Below, in pieces: positions 44,801 to 57,649 of a stretch of DNA of 64,000 nucleotides (position 1 is its first letter; the number at the start of each line of letters is the position of its first letter). Source of the stretch: Macrostomum lignano. Taxonomy: Eukaryota. Where the stretch lies: assembly GCA_002269645.1 (NCBI GenBank), contig NIVC01003819.1, forward strand, positions 1-64,000, in the 5' to 3' direction. The notes beneath the pieces are model-generated. The model saw nothing but the letters and a program-made list of their open reading frames with translations. It had not been told where the DNA came from and made no database searches. The position numbers were made by a program, and so were the translations under genes.

Positions 44801-47800
44801 CTAACAAGGGCTGATCTCGAGTTGTCAATCTGATGTTATACTTTTTCAAATAGTATTCTTCAAAGCTGTCGTAGGCGCTAGTTGGAAATGGCGAGGCTGG
44901 ATTCAGATCCCAGCGAATCTGGCAGTGAGAGAGAGGGCAAATTTGTTAGGGCATCAATCAGCAAATAGGTGTATTACTATTATGGTGTCCACCTTAGGTT
45001 TAGAGATTCTGGGGCGGATTCTTAGGGCGGATTCTTTGGGTGTATCTTTGGAGGGGGCGGATTTTCAGGGCGGATCTTTCAGAGGGGGCGGATTCTTAGG
45101 GCGGATCTTTCAGAGGGGGCGGATTCTCAGGGCGGATCTTTCGGAGGGGGCGGATTCTCAGGGCGGATCTTTCGGAGGGGGGCGGATTCTCAGGGCGGAT
45201 CTTTCGGAGGGGGGCGGATTCTCAGGGCGGATCTTTGGGAGGGGGCGGATTCTCAGGGCGGATCTTTCAGAGGGGGCGGATTCTCAGGGCGGATCTTTCG
45301 GAGGGGGCGGATTCTCAGGGCGGATCTTTCGGAGGGGGGCGGATTCTCAGGGCGGATCTTTTGGAGGGGGGCGGATTCTCAGGGCGGATCTTTCGGAGGG
45401 GGCGGATTCTTAGGGTGAATCTTTGGAGGGGGCGAATTCTCAGGGCGGATCTTTCGGAGGGGGGCGGATTCTCAGGGCGGATCTTTGGGAGGGGGCGGAT
45501 TCTTAGGGCGGATCTTTCGGAGGGGGGCGGATTCTCAGGGCGGATCTTATGGAGGGGGCGGATTTTCAGGGCGGATCTTTGGGAGGGGGCGGATTCTCAG
45601 GGCGGATCTTTGGGAGGGGGCGGATTCTTAGGGCGGATCTTTCGGAGGGGGGCGGATTCTCAGGGCGGATCTTATGGAGGGGGCGGATTTTCAGGGCGGA
45701 TTTTTGGGAGGGGGCGGATTCTCAGGGCGGATCTTTGGGAGGGGGCGGATTCTTAGGGCGGATCTTTGGGAGGGGCGGATTCTCAGGGTGGATCTTTGGG
45801 AGGGGGCGGATTCTCAGGGTGGATCTTTGGGGGGGGGGCGGATCTTTGCGAGGGGGCGGATTTTTAGGGCGGATCTTTGGAAAGTGGCGGATTCTTAGGG
45901 TGGATCTTTGGGAGGGGGCGGATTCTCAGGGCGGATCTTTGGGAGGGGGCGGATTCTTAGGGCGGATCTTTCGGAGGGGGGCGGATTCTCAGGGCGGATC
46001 TTATGGAGGGGGCGGATTTTCAGGGCGGATCTTTGGGAGGGGGCGGATTCTTAGGGCGGATCTTTGGGAGGGGCGGATTCTCAGGGTGGATCTTTGGGAG
46101 GGGGCGGATTCTCAGGGTGGATCTTTGGGGGGGCGGATCTTTGCGAGGGGGCGGATTTTTAGGGCGGATCTTTGGGAAGTGGCGGATTCTTAGGGTGGAT
46201 CTTTGGGAGGGGGAGGATTCTTAGGGCGGATCTTTGGGAGGGGGCGGATCTTTCCGAGGGGGCGGATTTTTAGGGCGGATCTTTGGGAAGGGGCGGATTC
46301 TTAGGGCGGATCTTTGTGGGAGGGGGGTGGATTCTTAGGGCGGATTATTGGGGCGAGGTGGATCTATTGGGGGTGGATTATTAGTATCAGCAAACAAACG
46401 GTATCAGCAAAAGCACAGAGCAAAAATTCAGGCCCTCATACCTGACTAACAAAGTAGAACTGCGGCTGGTCAAAGTTCCTATAGGATGGCACAATGACGC
46501 AATCGTTAAAATCTTCAACTCGAAACTTGAACGGCTTCTCCGGTACAACTTCGCACGGTGGCGCGTCGCCCGACTGCGACTCGGCCGAGGCCACCACCCG
46601 GCCAGCCAGATCCCAGTCCAGCTGCCAGCTACCTTCATCATCAGCATTAACAGTATCATCATCATTTTGATCATCTCCAGCTTCCTTAACCGGCCGGGTT
46701 AGCAGGCACACCAAAGGTTTAAACGGAGCCTCATCAAAGTCAGGCGTCATGCTGGCTTTTTTCTCCAGTCTGAGCACTCGATGAAACAGAACTCGATGGA
46801 ATCGTTTGAGCAGGCTGAGCTGCTCTGCTGACAGTGTCAGGGAGTCAGCAATCAGAGGAAAGTCTACGTCGGTCTGTAGAAAATGAGAGAAGACAGAAAT
46901 TCGCTAAGAACCACTTCATTTCTTTCATTAAGCACCGCTCCTGATTCTTCACTAAGCATCACTTCATTTCTTTCATTAAGCACCGCTCCTGATTCTTCAC
47001 TAAGCATCACTTCATTTCTTTCATTAAGCACCGCTCCTGATTCTTCACTAAGCATCACTTCATTTCTTTCATTAAGCACCGCTCCTGATTCTTCACTAAG
47101 CACCATCTCATTTCTTTCATTAAGCACCGCTCCTGATTCTTCACTAAGCATCACTTCATTTCTTTCATTAAGCACCGCTCCTGATTCTTCACTAAGCATC
47201 ACTTCATTTCTTTCATTAAGCACCGCTCCTGATTCTTCACTAAGCATCACTTCATTTCTTTCATTAAGCACCGCTCCTGATTCTTCACTAAGCACCCCCT
47301 TATTTCTTGCATTAAGCACCTCTCTCGATTATTTACTAAGCACCACCTCATTTCTTTCATTAAGCACCTCTCTCGATTATTCACTAAGCACCACCTCATT
47401 TCTTTCATTAAGCACCTCTCTCGATTATTCACTAAGCACCACCTCATTTCTTTCATTAAGCACCTCTCTCGATTATTCACTAAGCACCACCTCATTTCTT
47501 TCATTAAGCACCATTCCCATCAGTAAGCGTCAATCTCTAACCTCCCCCTGCCGCGGATACAAGCAGAACAGCGGCAGGCAATCAGGCAGAGGATCTCGCA
47601 GAATCAGGCCAAACGATGATCGACACCTAGAAGTCGTCATCAGCTGCTCCCGGTCAGTCGCAGCCGCCACGGCAGCCGAAGGCATCGCCCAGACGTGCTC
47701 GGGTCGCAGTCGAATGCGGTACAGTCTGCACGGCAGGTCCGGCTCAGGCAGGTTAGCGGTCAGCTCAGCAGCCAGCTGTTTCTGATACACCTGACGCCGT

Positions 47801-50800
47801 TTCGAACCACCAATACCCGTGTTGCTATTGCCAATAACCCCATCGCCATTACTAAGTATTGACATTGGCGATTGAATGATAGACTTGTGCGCAAGATTGA
47901 CCAGCTCCTCTTTGCTGTACGGCTTCAGATTTGAGTCCAGCTGACCAGCTGAGTGCAACTCTCTGACGCAGGCCAGCGCGGCGCTGCATTTGGCTGACTG
48001 GACTGTCGGGCGCCAGGCGCCGATGACTGAACGGCGACAGGGCGAATTCATGGGTAGGCAGAGCCGGCACCTGACAAGCAATTGGATTGGTTAGAGTGGC
48101 AATGCAGTTTAGCATCCGGGAAGCCTTATGGTGGTTCTAATAACATTTTTAATGCATGCTGGTTGGCTAATGAAAACTAGGGACTAGAGGTATTAACAAT
48201 ATTTAACAATCTACATGCACACGGAAAAATAACGCACATCATTTTCAGGTAGCAGCTTACGGAGATCCAGAAAAAGTACAGGTGACATAAAGATAAAACA
48301 CAGGGGACATCCAGGTAAAACACAGGTGACATCCAAGTAAAACACAGGGACATCCAGGTAAAACACAGGGAACATCCAGGTAAAACACAGGGACATCCAG
48401 GTAAAACACAGGTGACAGCCAGGTAAAAACACAGGTGACAGCCAGGTAAAAACACAGGGGACATCCAGGTAAAAACGCAGGTGACACCCAGGTAAAAACA
48501 CAGGTGACACTCAGGTAAAAACACAGGTGACACCCAGGTAAAAACACAGGTGACACCCAGGTAAAAACACAGGTGACACCCAGGTAAAAACACAGGTGAC
48601 ACCCAGGTAAAAACACAGGTGACAGCCAGGTAAAAACACAGGTGACACTCAGGTAAAAACACAGGTGACAGCCAGGTAAAAAACACAGGTGACAGCCAGG
48701 TAAAAACACAGGTGACAGCCAGGTAAAAACACAGGGGACATCCAGGTAAAAACGCAGGTGACACCCAGGTAAAAACACAGGTGACACTCAGGTAAAAACA
48801 CAGGTGACACCCAGGTAAAAACACAGGTGACAGCCAGGTAAAAACACAGGGGACATCCAGGTAAAAACACAGGTGACACCCAGGTAAAAACACAGGTGAC
48901 ACCCAGGTAAAAACACAGGTGACAGCCAGGTAAAAACACAGGTGACACCCAGGTAAAAACACAGGTGACACCCAGGTAAAAACACAGGTGACAGCCAGGT
49001 AAAAACACAGGTGACAGCCAGGTAAAAAACACAGGTGACACCCAGGTAAAAACACAGGTGACACCCAGGTAAAAACACAGGTGACACCCAGGCAAAAACA
49101 CAGGTGACACCCAGGTAAAAACACAGGTGACACCCAGGCAAAAACACAGGTGACACCCAGGTAAAAACACAGGTGACACCCAGGTAAAAACACAGGTGAC
49201 ACCCAGGTAAAAACACAGGTGACACCCAGGTAAAAACACAGGTGACACCCAGGTAAAAACACAGGTGACACCCAGGCAAAAACACAGGTGACACCCAGGT
49301 AAAAACACAGGTGACACCCAGGTAAAAACACAGGTGACACCCAGGCAAAAACACAGGTGACACCCAGGTAAAAACACAGGTGACACCCAGGTAAAAACAC
49401 AGGTGACAGCCAGGTAAAAAACACAGGTGACACCCAGGTAAAAAGACAGGTGACACCCAGGTAAAAACACAGGTGACACCCAGGCAAAAACACAGGTGAC
49501 ACCCAGGTAAAAACACAGGTGACACCCAGGCAAAAACACAGGTGACACCCAGGCAAAAACACAGGTGACACCCAGGTAAAAACACAGGTGACACCCAGGT
49601 AAAAACACAGGTGACACCCAGGCAAAAACACGGCAAACATAGGTGAAAACAGATAATTTTTTCCAGGGAGAACCCAGAACATTTGGGTAAATCCACAAGC
49701 ATCCAGTTAAAAACGCAGAAAAACCAGGTGATACGCTTGTAATTGAAAAATCCACGGTAAAATCATAAGAAAATCAAGGCAATACCATGGAAGGAATCCA
49801 GATGTATGAGGAAGAAATCCAGAAAAAATGTCTTTTCGTTTACAAAATTAGGATTCTATGTTTTTTCTACGTACATTTCCTGTACCTAAAAATGAGCTGG
49901 ACTCATTGGTTTTATGAATCTATTTTATCATCTCTGTTACAGATATTGTTACACACTCAGCTGAGAATAAGCAATTGTACGTAGAATAAACAGTTAACAT
50001 AGAATCCTAATTTTCTGAACGAATAAGCTTTATGAATATGAATAGAGCTATAAGAAAGATGAACATTGGGTCCGCCTCCTTTGCGAAAAATTAAAACTTT
50101 TTATCTCCGTAGAGCATTTTTTCGGAAAAACCTGCGTACTATAATTCTTCAAGAAGCGAGGTTTTCAGTCCTTCTGAGTAGTCCTTGGGTTGCAGCCCAG
50201 TGGTTCGAGCGTCGAACTCACGACTGAAAGGTCGAGGGTTCGATTCCCGATCCCACTCGGAACAATTTGTGTCCTTGAGCAAGACACTTAACTCTGCATT
50301 GCTTCAGTTCACCCGGCTGTAAAATGGGTGCCAGCATTAGATGGGTTAATAATTGAGGCTGTGTGTGGCGACCCCCTGGTCCTTGGACTGAACAGCCGTA
50401 CGCAGCCTTCAGATGCGCCGCGCAATAGCTGCGGCTGAGCTGTCGGTTGCACATCTGGCCCAATTGGGGCAGGTGTAATCAAGTATTATTATTATATCAG
50501 GCATTTACCCTGTCAGTGCCTTGGGGGGTTGACTGTCACAGGCTGTGCATCGCACTACGACCCCCTCAGCCAATAGTTCGTGCACCAGCCCCTCACAGTG
50601 CAGCTACACAAACCTATAAGCATCGCCATCAGCAGACTTCTGAATCTGCCACAGCGGCACAAGGCTGGCAAAAACATCTGACGGCAGCCGGGCGCAATAG
50701 CGATTCACCACGGGTATCGCCGCATCCGCAGTCACCGAAGGACCCGACAGACCGAACGGCGCGAATATCTCCGACTCGGAGGACTCGTCATCGGCGTCAG

Positions 50801-53800
50801 CGATTGGCGAATCATCTCCGCGAGCCAATCGTCGCCGAGATTCGTCGGAGGCTGCACCGCTGCGCAGCAGCAGCTCCTCCGTAGCTTTGAACGCCGCGTG
50901 ACTTTCTTGGAAACCTGCGTCACAAGGCGTCACTATGGTGGCGTAGGTTGAATTGAAAGACCGGGCGCGATTCTTAGAATGAAAATAGGAATTAAAAGTG
51001 CGCGGCGGATTGAACCGGACTACCAGATTGCATTTGGGCAGGTCGCCGAGGTTCTCCATTGCTTCCGTCACCACTAGCAGGTTGGCCTCGCCCTGAAATG
51101 CCGGTTGTGATGAATTAGTAACTGCTGATTCTTACCGGGTGCTGACCTATATGACTCATTCTTGTATCCATCCTACCGGGGCTAATTACCGGGTGCTGAC
51201 CTATATGACGCATTCTTGTATCCATCCTACCGGGGCTAATTACTGGGTGCTGACCTATATGACTCATTCTTGTATCCATCCTACCGGGGCTAATTACTGG
51301 GTGCTGACCTATATGACTCATTCTTGTATCCATCCTACCGGGGCTAATTACCGGGTGCTGACCTATATGACTCATTCTTGTATCCATCCTACCGGGGCTA
51401 ATTACCGGGTGCTGACCTATATGACTCATTCTTGTATCCATCCTACCTGGGCTAATTACAGGGTCCTAGCCTATATGACTCATTTTCCATATGCATTTAC
51501 GTTTTTATTTAACAACTGTTTTCAATATAATATTAATTATTATTATTAATTACAGCTGCCCTAATGGGCAGATGTGCAACCGACAGCTCAGCCGCAGCTA
51601 ATGCGCGGCGCATCTGAAGGCTGCGTACGGCAGTTCAGTCCAGGGACTGGGAGGTCGCCACACGCACTCTCAGTTACCCCAGCTAATGCTGGCACCCATT
51701 TTTCAGATAAGTGAACTGAAGCAATGCAGAGTTAAGTGTCTTGCTCAAGGACACAAATTGTTCCCGTGGGATCGGGAATCGAACCCCCCACCTTTCAGTC
51801 GTAAGCCGGACGCTCTATCCACTAGGCTACAACCCTCCACTAGGCTACAACCCTCCACTAGGCTACAACCCTCCACTAGGCTACAACCCCTCCACTAGGC
51901 TACAACCCTCCACTAGGCTACAACCCCTCCACTAGGCTACAACCCCCCACTAGGCTACAACCACTCCACTAGGCTACAACCCCTTCACTAGGCTACAACC
52001 CCTTCACTAGGCTACAACCCCTCCACTAGGCTACAACCCCTTCACTAGGCCAGCTATTCGGTGCTATACATTTTCAATATGCAGATTACAGAAACGTTTA
52101 CCTGCCGAAACTTTCTCAAATAGTCCGTGACCCTCTGCTGCTTAGGCTTAGTAACCAGCGAGAACATATAGGCCGGCTTGACAAAGAAAAACTCCGGATC
52201 CCAGATGCACACTTCTTCAAGCAATTTGCACAATCCGTAGGCGGTGAAACAGTCTCGAACAAAGACCAGAGCGCTAAGCCGTTCGGTTGGCTCTTCATCA
52301 GAGACTTTCGGCACCACTTTGTAGGGCAAGCAGTTGGAATTATTCAGCTCCGTGATTTCAACTCCGCCACCTCGTCTATCATCCTCATCCGAGTCAGTGG
52401 ATTCTGCGTCGCTCAATCCAACCAATTCGCTATCACCAGCAGCAGCACTGCTTGGCTTATTACTATTAGTAGTGACTCCGCAACCGAAGCTCTCATTAAT
52501 AAATTCAATGCTAAACTCTGTCCGAGGCCGGAAGCGGGCCAGCAGCTCCAGCAGCCGATGCACATTCGGCGGCACGCAACGACGAAAATCGTCAACATCG
52601 GCGAATTGCTCTTGAACAGCGTGGAACCGCTTCTGCAGCACCGCCAGGCGAGTCACAGTTGACCGGACCAGGCATCGGGCCAGCTGGTCAGCTTCTAGCA
52701 GCAGCTCCTGCTCCAGGCTTACCTGTATGGTTGCCAGTTTGTTCATAACTATTTAAATATTAAAAATTAATTGGCGCTATTTTAATCTGGGACTTGCACT
52801 GACCCCTCTCCTCTGCACCCTTCAACCTCTCCTCTGCACCCTTCAACCTCTCCTCTGCACTCTTTACCCTCTCCTTTGCACTCTTTACCCTCTCCTTTGC
52901 ACTCTTTACCCTCTCCTTTGCACTCTTTACCCTCTCCTCTGCACTCTTTAACCTCTCCTCTGCACTCTTTACCCTCCCCTCTGCACCCTTTAACCTCTCC
53001 TCTGCACTCTTTACCCTCTCCTCTGCACTCTTTACCCTCTCCTCTGCACTCTTTACCCTCTCCTCTGCACTCTTTAACCTCTCCTCTGCACTCTTTAACC
53101 CTCTCCTTTGCACTCTTTACCCTCCCCTCTGCACCCTTTAACCTCTTCTCTGCGTTCTTTACCCTCTCCTCTGCACTCTTTAACCTCTCCTCTGCACTCT
53201 TTAACCCTCTCCTCTGCACTCTTTACCCTCCCCTCTGCACCCTTTAACCTCTTCTCTGCGCTCTTTACCCTCTCCTCTGCACTCTTTACCCTCTCCTCTG
53301 CACTCTTTACCCTCTCCTCTGCACTCTAACCTCTTCTCTGCACTCTTTAGCTTCTCCTCTGCCCACTGACCCCTTTCCTCTGCACTCTTCTTATTCTTCC
53401 TCCCTGTGGCTTATCTGACCACTTATTCGCGAGCCCACAAGTTTACTCCAAACAAAAGTGAATCTGAACTAACCAGGTGCTTCAAGCAGACCCTAGCAAT
53501 GACATTGCATCCCCAGGGTCCCAGATTGTCCAAGCCGTTCAGGCACTGCCTCAAAGCTTTAACACAAAACTGCTTAGCCTCCGGACAGCGCGGCGGTGAC
53601 ACGGTGAATTCCTGATCGAGATCCATCAGCCAGTCCAGGTGGGACTGCAGCAGCTGACGCATGCAGGTGTACAGGCCGAATGCGTCATCCGGTGACGGAC
53701 AGTCAAGGACTTCTTCGTCGGGTTGACCGCCGTAAATCAGTGCGCTGAGCACGTCAGATGCGAAGGTGACTGGGCAGCGGAATGTGGCTTTCAGGCCGGT

Positions 53801-55005
53801 GATCAAGTCGGACAGACACGGGCCCTGTGGTATTCGCATTTCAGCTGGTGTTGAGTGCCTGCTCACGGCTGGGGTCTGGGAGGCTGGCCCAGCAACTGAG
53901 GGTCTGGGAGGCTGGCCCAGCAACTGAGGATCTGGGAGGCTGGCCCAGCATCTGATAATCTGGGAGGCTGGCCCAGCAACTGAGGGTCTCTGGAAGGCTG
54001 GCCCAGCAACTGAGGATCTGGGAGGCTGGCCCAGCAACTGAGGGTCTGGGAGGCTGGCCCAGCAACTGAAGATCTGGGAGGCTGGCCCAGCAACTCAGGA
54101 TCTGGGAAAGCTGGCCCAGCAACTCACGTTCTGGGAGGCTGGCCCAGCAACTGAGGATCTGGGAGGCTTTAAAAACAAAACCAAAGCAAAGGTTCGAGTC
54201 GCAAACTCCGCTAACCTCTAAGCACGCAGTCACACAGGGTATACAGCATACATGACCAACCTCAAAATTTCACCTGTCCGGTTCGGACAGGTCGGACAGG
54301 TGTTGGGCATGTATGAGTATACAGCGGCCTTGACTCTCACTGTGCACACACAGCGCACAAACTCCAAAATCAGAAACTTACACCAGCCGCCTTACCTGAG
54401 CTCCAGTCAGTCCCTGCAGCAGTCCGGCAGAGCTGCCCACAAACTGTCTCGGCTTCGCCCAGTCCAACAACTCCCGTATTATCCGGCAATCTTCTGTGCC
54501 GGAATCGGCGTAGAGCTCCGCATTCTCCAGCACAACTAGTCTGTTACCAACGATTGAATCGGCAGTCGCAGCTTCCTTCATCAGGTTGCTATGCAATAAA
54601 GCAGGCGTGCTAACCAGAATATAAGCCGAATCGTTAAGAGAATTAGTTGCTAACCAGGGTAGGTGGCGATTTAGCGTGGCGGCAATTGTCTGACACTGAC
54701 TTTCTGTGTGTAGGAGAGTGTGTAGATTTTGTATTAAATATGATTTGATATAAATATTTTTAAAATTCTTAAAAGTACAATTAAAGGCTGCTCTCACCAG
54801 ACTGATGCAGATACACAACAGGAGTTGCTATGCCAGCACTGCTGCCTACATCGTCTGTGGCCAACTCTGACAGGGCGTCACGGATCACGCTGTACAGCAC
54901 GAAGTCTATGCATGACTGACTCTCCGTGCAGATTATGCCGCTGGCGCTATCGCGTACGCTGTCTAGCAGCTCGAACTGGGATTGGTTGGGATGGCTTGAA
55001 TGCAT
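35804..55005 (-). CDS. DICER1: Dicer (Dicer-1 type) endoribonuclease, 16 exons, ~1764 aa
   Basis: Exons 55005-54798, 54703-54396, 53824-53474, 52722-52102, 51092-50614, 48070-47542, 46873-46442, 44918-44758, 44354-43709, 43236-42840, 42372-42167, 41588-41269, 40715-40499, 39958-39805, 38576-38501 and 35993-35804; phases consistent, total 5295 nt. PAZ ([17 protein letters not shown]), RNase IIIa ([19 protein letters not shown]), RNase IIIb ([19 protein letters not shown]) and dsRBD ([10 protein letters not shown]) are present. The 5' exon boundaries and start codon are less certain. Confidence 0.93.
36007..38304. repeat. 14-bp minisatellite (TGTGTCTTGATCAG)n in Dicer intron 15
   Basis: 2.3-kb array. 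Confidence 0.95.
38590..39770. repeat. 24-bp minisatellite (AAGGCAGTCTAATGGGCGATTCTC) in Dicer intron 14
   Basis: Visible array. Confidence 0.9.
40090..40440. repeat. Degenerate ~29-bp repeat (AGAGAAGTAGACAGGAGA..GGGT) in Dicer intron 13
   Basis: Repeated AAGTAGACA core. Confidence 0.7.
40790..41256. repeat. 32-35-bp minisatellite with ACCGGAAGTG core in Dicer intron 12
   Basis: About 14 units. Confidence 0.9.
41620..41960. repeat. 21-bp repeat (ATCTACCTGTCTGCCTACTGT) in Dicer intron 11
   Basis: Visible array. Confidence 0.85.
42590..42852 (-). repeat. 66-67-bp tandem repeat spanning the Dicer exon 10 donor
   Basis: Four copies of CAGAGGGGGTG|GTGAGTAC...TTTTTTCTCAG on the minus strand. 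Confidence 0.9.
44405..44710. repeat. 13-bp pyrimidine repeat (TCTCCCTCTCGTG) in Dicer intron 8
   Basis: Visible array. Confidence 0.85.
45005..46375. repeat. G-rich ~31-bp minisatellite (GGGGCGGATTCTCAGGGCGGATCTTT) in Dicer intron 7
   Basis: Visible array with dense G-runs. Confidence 0.9.
46900..47515. repeat. 48-bp tandem repeat in Dicer intron 6
   Basis: About 12 copies in two subtypes. Confidence 0.9.
48290..49630. repeat. 23-bp minisatellite (CAGGTGACACCCAGGTAAAAACA) in Dicer intron 5
   Basis: Visible array. Confidence 0.95.
50187..50497 (+). mobile_element. tRNA-derived CORE-like SINE, copy 2 (Dicer intron 5)
   Basis: Highly similar to 8334..8643 throughout, including the tail. Confidence 0.85.
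51132..51482. repeat. 54-bp tandem repeat in Dicer intron 4
   Basis: About 6.5 copies. Confidence 0.9.
51533..51836 (-). mobile_element. tRNA-derived CORE-like SINE, copy 3 (Dicer intron 4)
   Basis: Reverse complement of copies 1 and 2. Confidence 0.85.
51819..52050 (-). repeat. Tandem amplification of the SINE 5' head (18-19 bp, contains the A box)
   Basis: 12 full copies of CCACTAGGCTACAACCC(C)T plus a partial copy. Confidence 0.9.
52800..53390. repeat. 21-bp repeat (CTCTCCTCTGCACTCTTTACC) in Dicer intron 3
   Basis: Visible array. Confidence 0.9.
53870..54168. repeat. 28-bp repeat (AGGCTGGCCCAGCAACTGAGGATCTGGG) in Dicer intron 2
   Basis: About 10 copies. Confidence 0.9.
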
Positions 55006-55029
55006 TGCTTAATATGGCTTGTTAGTTCA

Positions 55030-56150
55030 CTTTAATCCGCCCCTTCCATCTGCCTACATCGATCCGCCCCTTCCATCCTCTACCGCTTAGCCCCCTCCAT
55101 CCTCTACCGCTCCGCCCCTTCCATCCTCTACCGATCCGCCCCTTCTATCCCTCACCAATCCGCCCCTTCTATCCTTTACCGCCCGATCCGCCCCTTCTAT
55201 CTTTTACCGATCCGCCCCTTCAATCCTCTACCGATCCGCCCCTTTCATTCTCTACCGATCCGCCCCTTCCATCCTCTACCGATCCGCCCCTTCTATCCTT
55301 TACCAATCCGCCCCTTCTATCCTTTACCAATCCGCCCCTTCTATCCTTTACCAATCCGCCCCTTCTATCCTTTACCGATCCGCCCCTTCTATCCTTTACC
55401 GACCGATCCGCCCCTTCTATCTTTTACCGATCCGCCCCTTCAATCCTCTACCAATCCGCCCCTTTCATTCTCTACCGATCCGCCCCTTCCATCCTCTACC
55501 GATTCGCCCCTTCAATCCTCTACTGATCCGCCCCTTCTATCCTCTACCGATCCGCCCCTTCTATCCTTTACCAATCCGCCCCTTCTATCCTTTACCAATC
55601 CGCCCCTTCTATCATTTACCAATCCGCCCCTTCTATCCTTTACCAATCCGCCCCTTCTATCCTTTACCAACCCGCCCCTTCTATCCTTTACCAATCCGCC
55701 CCTTCTATCCTTTACCGATCCGCCCCTTCTATTCTTTACCGACCGATCCGCCCCTTCTATTTTTTACCAATCCGCCCCTTCTATCCTTTACCGATCCGCC
55801 CCTTCTATTCTTTACCGACCGATCCGCCCCTTCTATCTTTTACCGATCCGCCCCTTCAATCCTCTACCAATCCGCCCCTTCCATCCTCTACCGATTCGCC
55901 CCTTCAATCCTCTACTGATCCGCCCCTTCTATCCTTTACCAATCTGCCCCTTCTATCCTTTACCAATCCGCCGACTGCCCCTTCAATCCTCTACCGATCT
56001 GCCCCTTCCATCCTCTACCGATCCGCCCCTTCCATCCTCTACCGATCTGCCCCATCCATCCTCTACCGATCTGCCCCTTCCATCCTCTACCGATCCGCCA
56101 CTTCAATCCTCTACTGATCCACCCCTTCAATCCTCTACCAATCCTAATCC
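55030..56150. repeat. ~24-bp C-rich minisatellite (CCGATCCGCCCCTTCTATCCTTTA) upstream of the Dicer ATG
   Basis: Visible array. Confidence 0.9.
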
Positions 56151-57279
56151 ACCCTTTCTATTCTAGACTGCTGATCTGCCCCTTTACTACTTGACCTTTC
56201 CCCTTTATCTGTATGCCCATCTGATATTTTATTGTCTACCTTATATCTGCCTTTTAAAACCCTGATCCAAGGTATAGCCATATCTTATTACTAAAGAATT
56301 TCAGAAAAATCATTATGCTTATGGCTAAACAAACTCACATAGTAAGGTATAGGAGTAAACTGATTGTCTGGCACATTCTCCAATATCTTGGCCACAATCT
56401 TTTTCTCAATGTTCGATGCTGGTTTTCTCATTATTTATTGATAGCTGAAATTTGACAAAAATATTATAGTCTTTAAAGATTCAGTTTTAAAATAAAATGA
56501 TTACTTTATATATTTTAGACCAAAATGTTAGGGGGTCCTTAACTCTATAATAAAAATACTAATTTATATTTTATGAAAAAATAATACTATTAAGAACAAA
56601 TTAACAATAATAGATTATAGGTTAAGCTTGGATCAAATAGTTGAGTTCTTGGCTAATGAACTTAAAAAGTCAAAATAGCGAACAAAAATATATATCATGA
56701 TTATTTATGACTATCTATATATAAAATAGGCTATATTATAAATAAAACTATAAAAAATGAAAGAAAAAAATCTTGATCTCTTATCTTTTCCCTATTTGAT
56801 TTTAAGTAGTTTTTGTACTAAGTAGTTTACATCCAAATTAGAGATTTAGTATATGAAGAATATATAACTTTGTAAAAAAATTGCATATATTTAGATTATA
56901 AGGCCTAGTAACTTAGGCCTAGTAAGACATATAAGTTGCAATCAATTATATTTTATAAATAAGCTTAAGCTATCATTATAGACCTTAGTATTATTTTCAA
57001 TCAAAACTGTTACATGGCTAGTCAGTGTCACTGTCAGTGTTTCAATTTTAAAAGACAGTATCAAACTGTATTAAACTGACATGGTTATATAGGCATGTTT
57101 CAGTTCTATACCATAGATAGATAATTGCTAGCAATCTTTGCCCCCCCCCGTTAGAGGACATCTGGATAGAATCTCTGTTCTCTACAAGTAACAAAAAGAC
57201 AGCCAAATAAAGCCTTCACAAAGACAACAGACAAATTTCTCAAATGAAGTGCAATGCAAAAAGAAATCATCCCAAGACA

Positions 57280-57570
57280 GCAAGCATCCCCTAGATAGCA
57301 AGCATCCCCCAGATTGCAAGCATCCCCCAGATAGCAAGCATCCCCCAAATAGCAAGCATCCCCCAAATAGCAAGCATCCCCCAGATAGCAAGCATCCCCC
57401 AGATAGCAAGCATCCCCCAAATAGCAAGCATCCCCCAGATAGCAAGCATCCCCCAAATAGCAAGCACCCCCAGATAGCAAGCATCATCTCTCTTAGATAG
57501 CAAGCATCCCCTCTCTTAGATAGCAAGCATCCCCCAGATAGCAAGCATCCCTAAATAGTAAGCATCCACC
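57280..57570. repeat. 18-bp repeat (AGCAAGCATCCCCCAGAT)
   Basis: Visible array. Confidence 0.9.
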
Positions 57571-57649
57571 AAACAATAAGTAGCTAGTGCAACAATTTCC
57601 TTAGCTCTTTAGTGGCTCCTTTAAAATTGGTATGACGCTTACTTTTACG

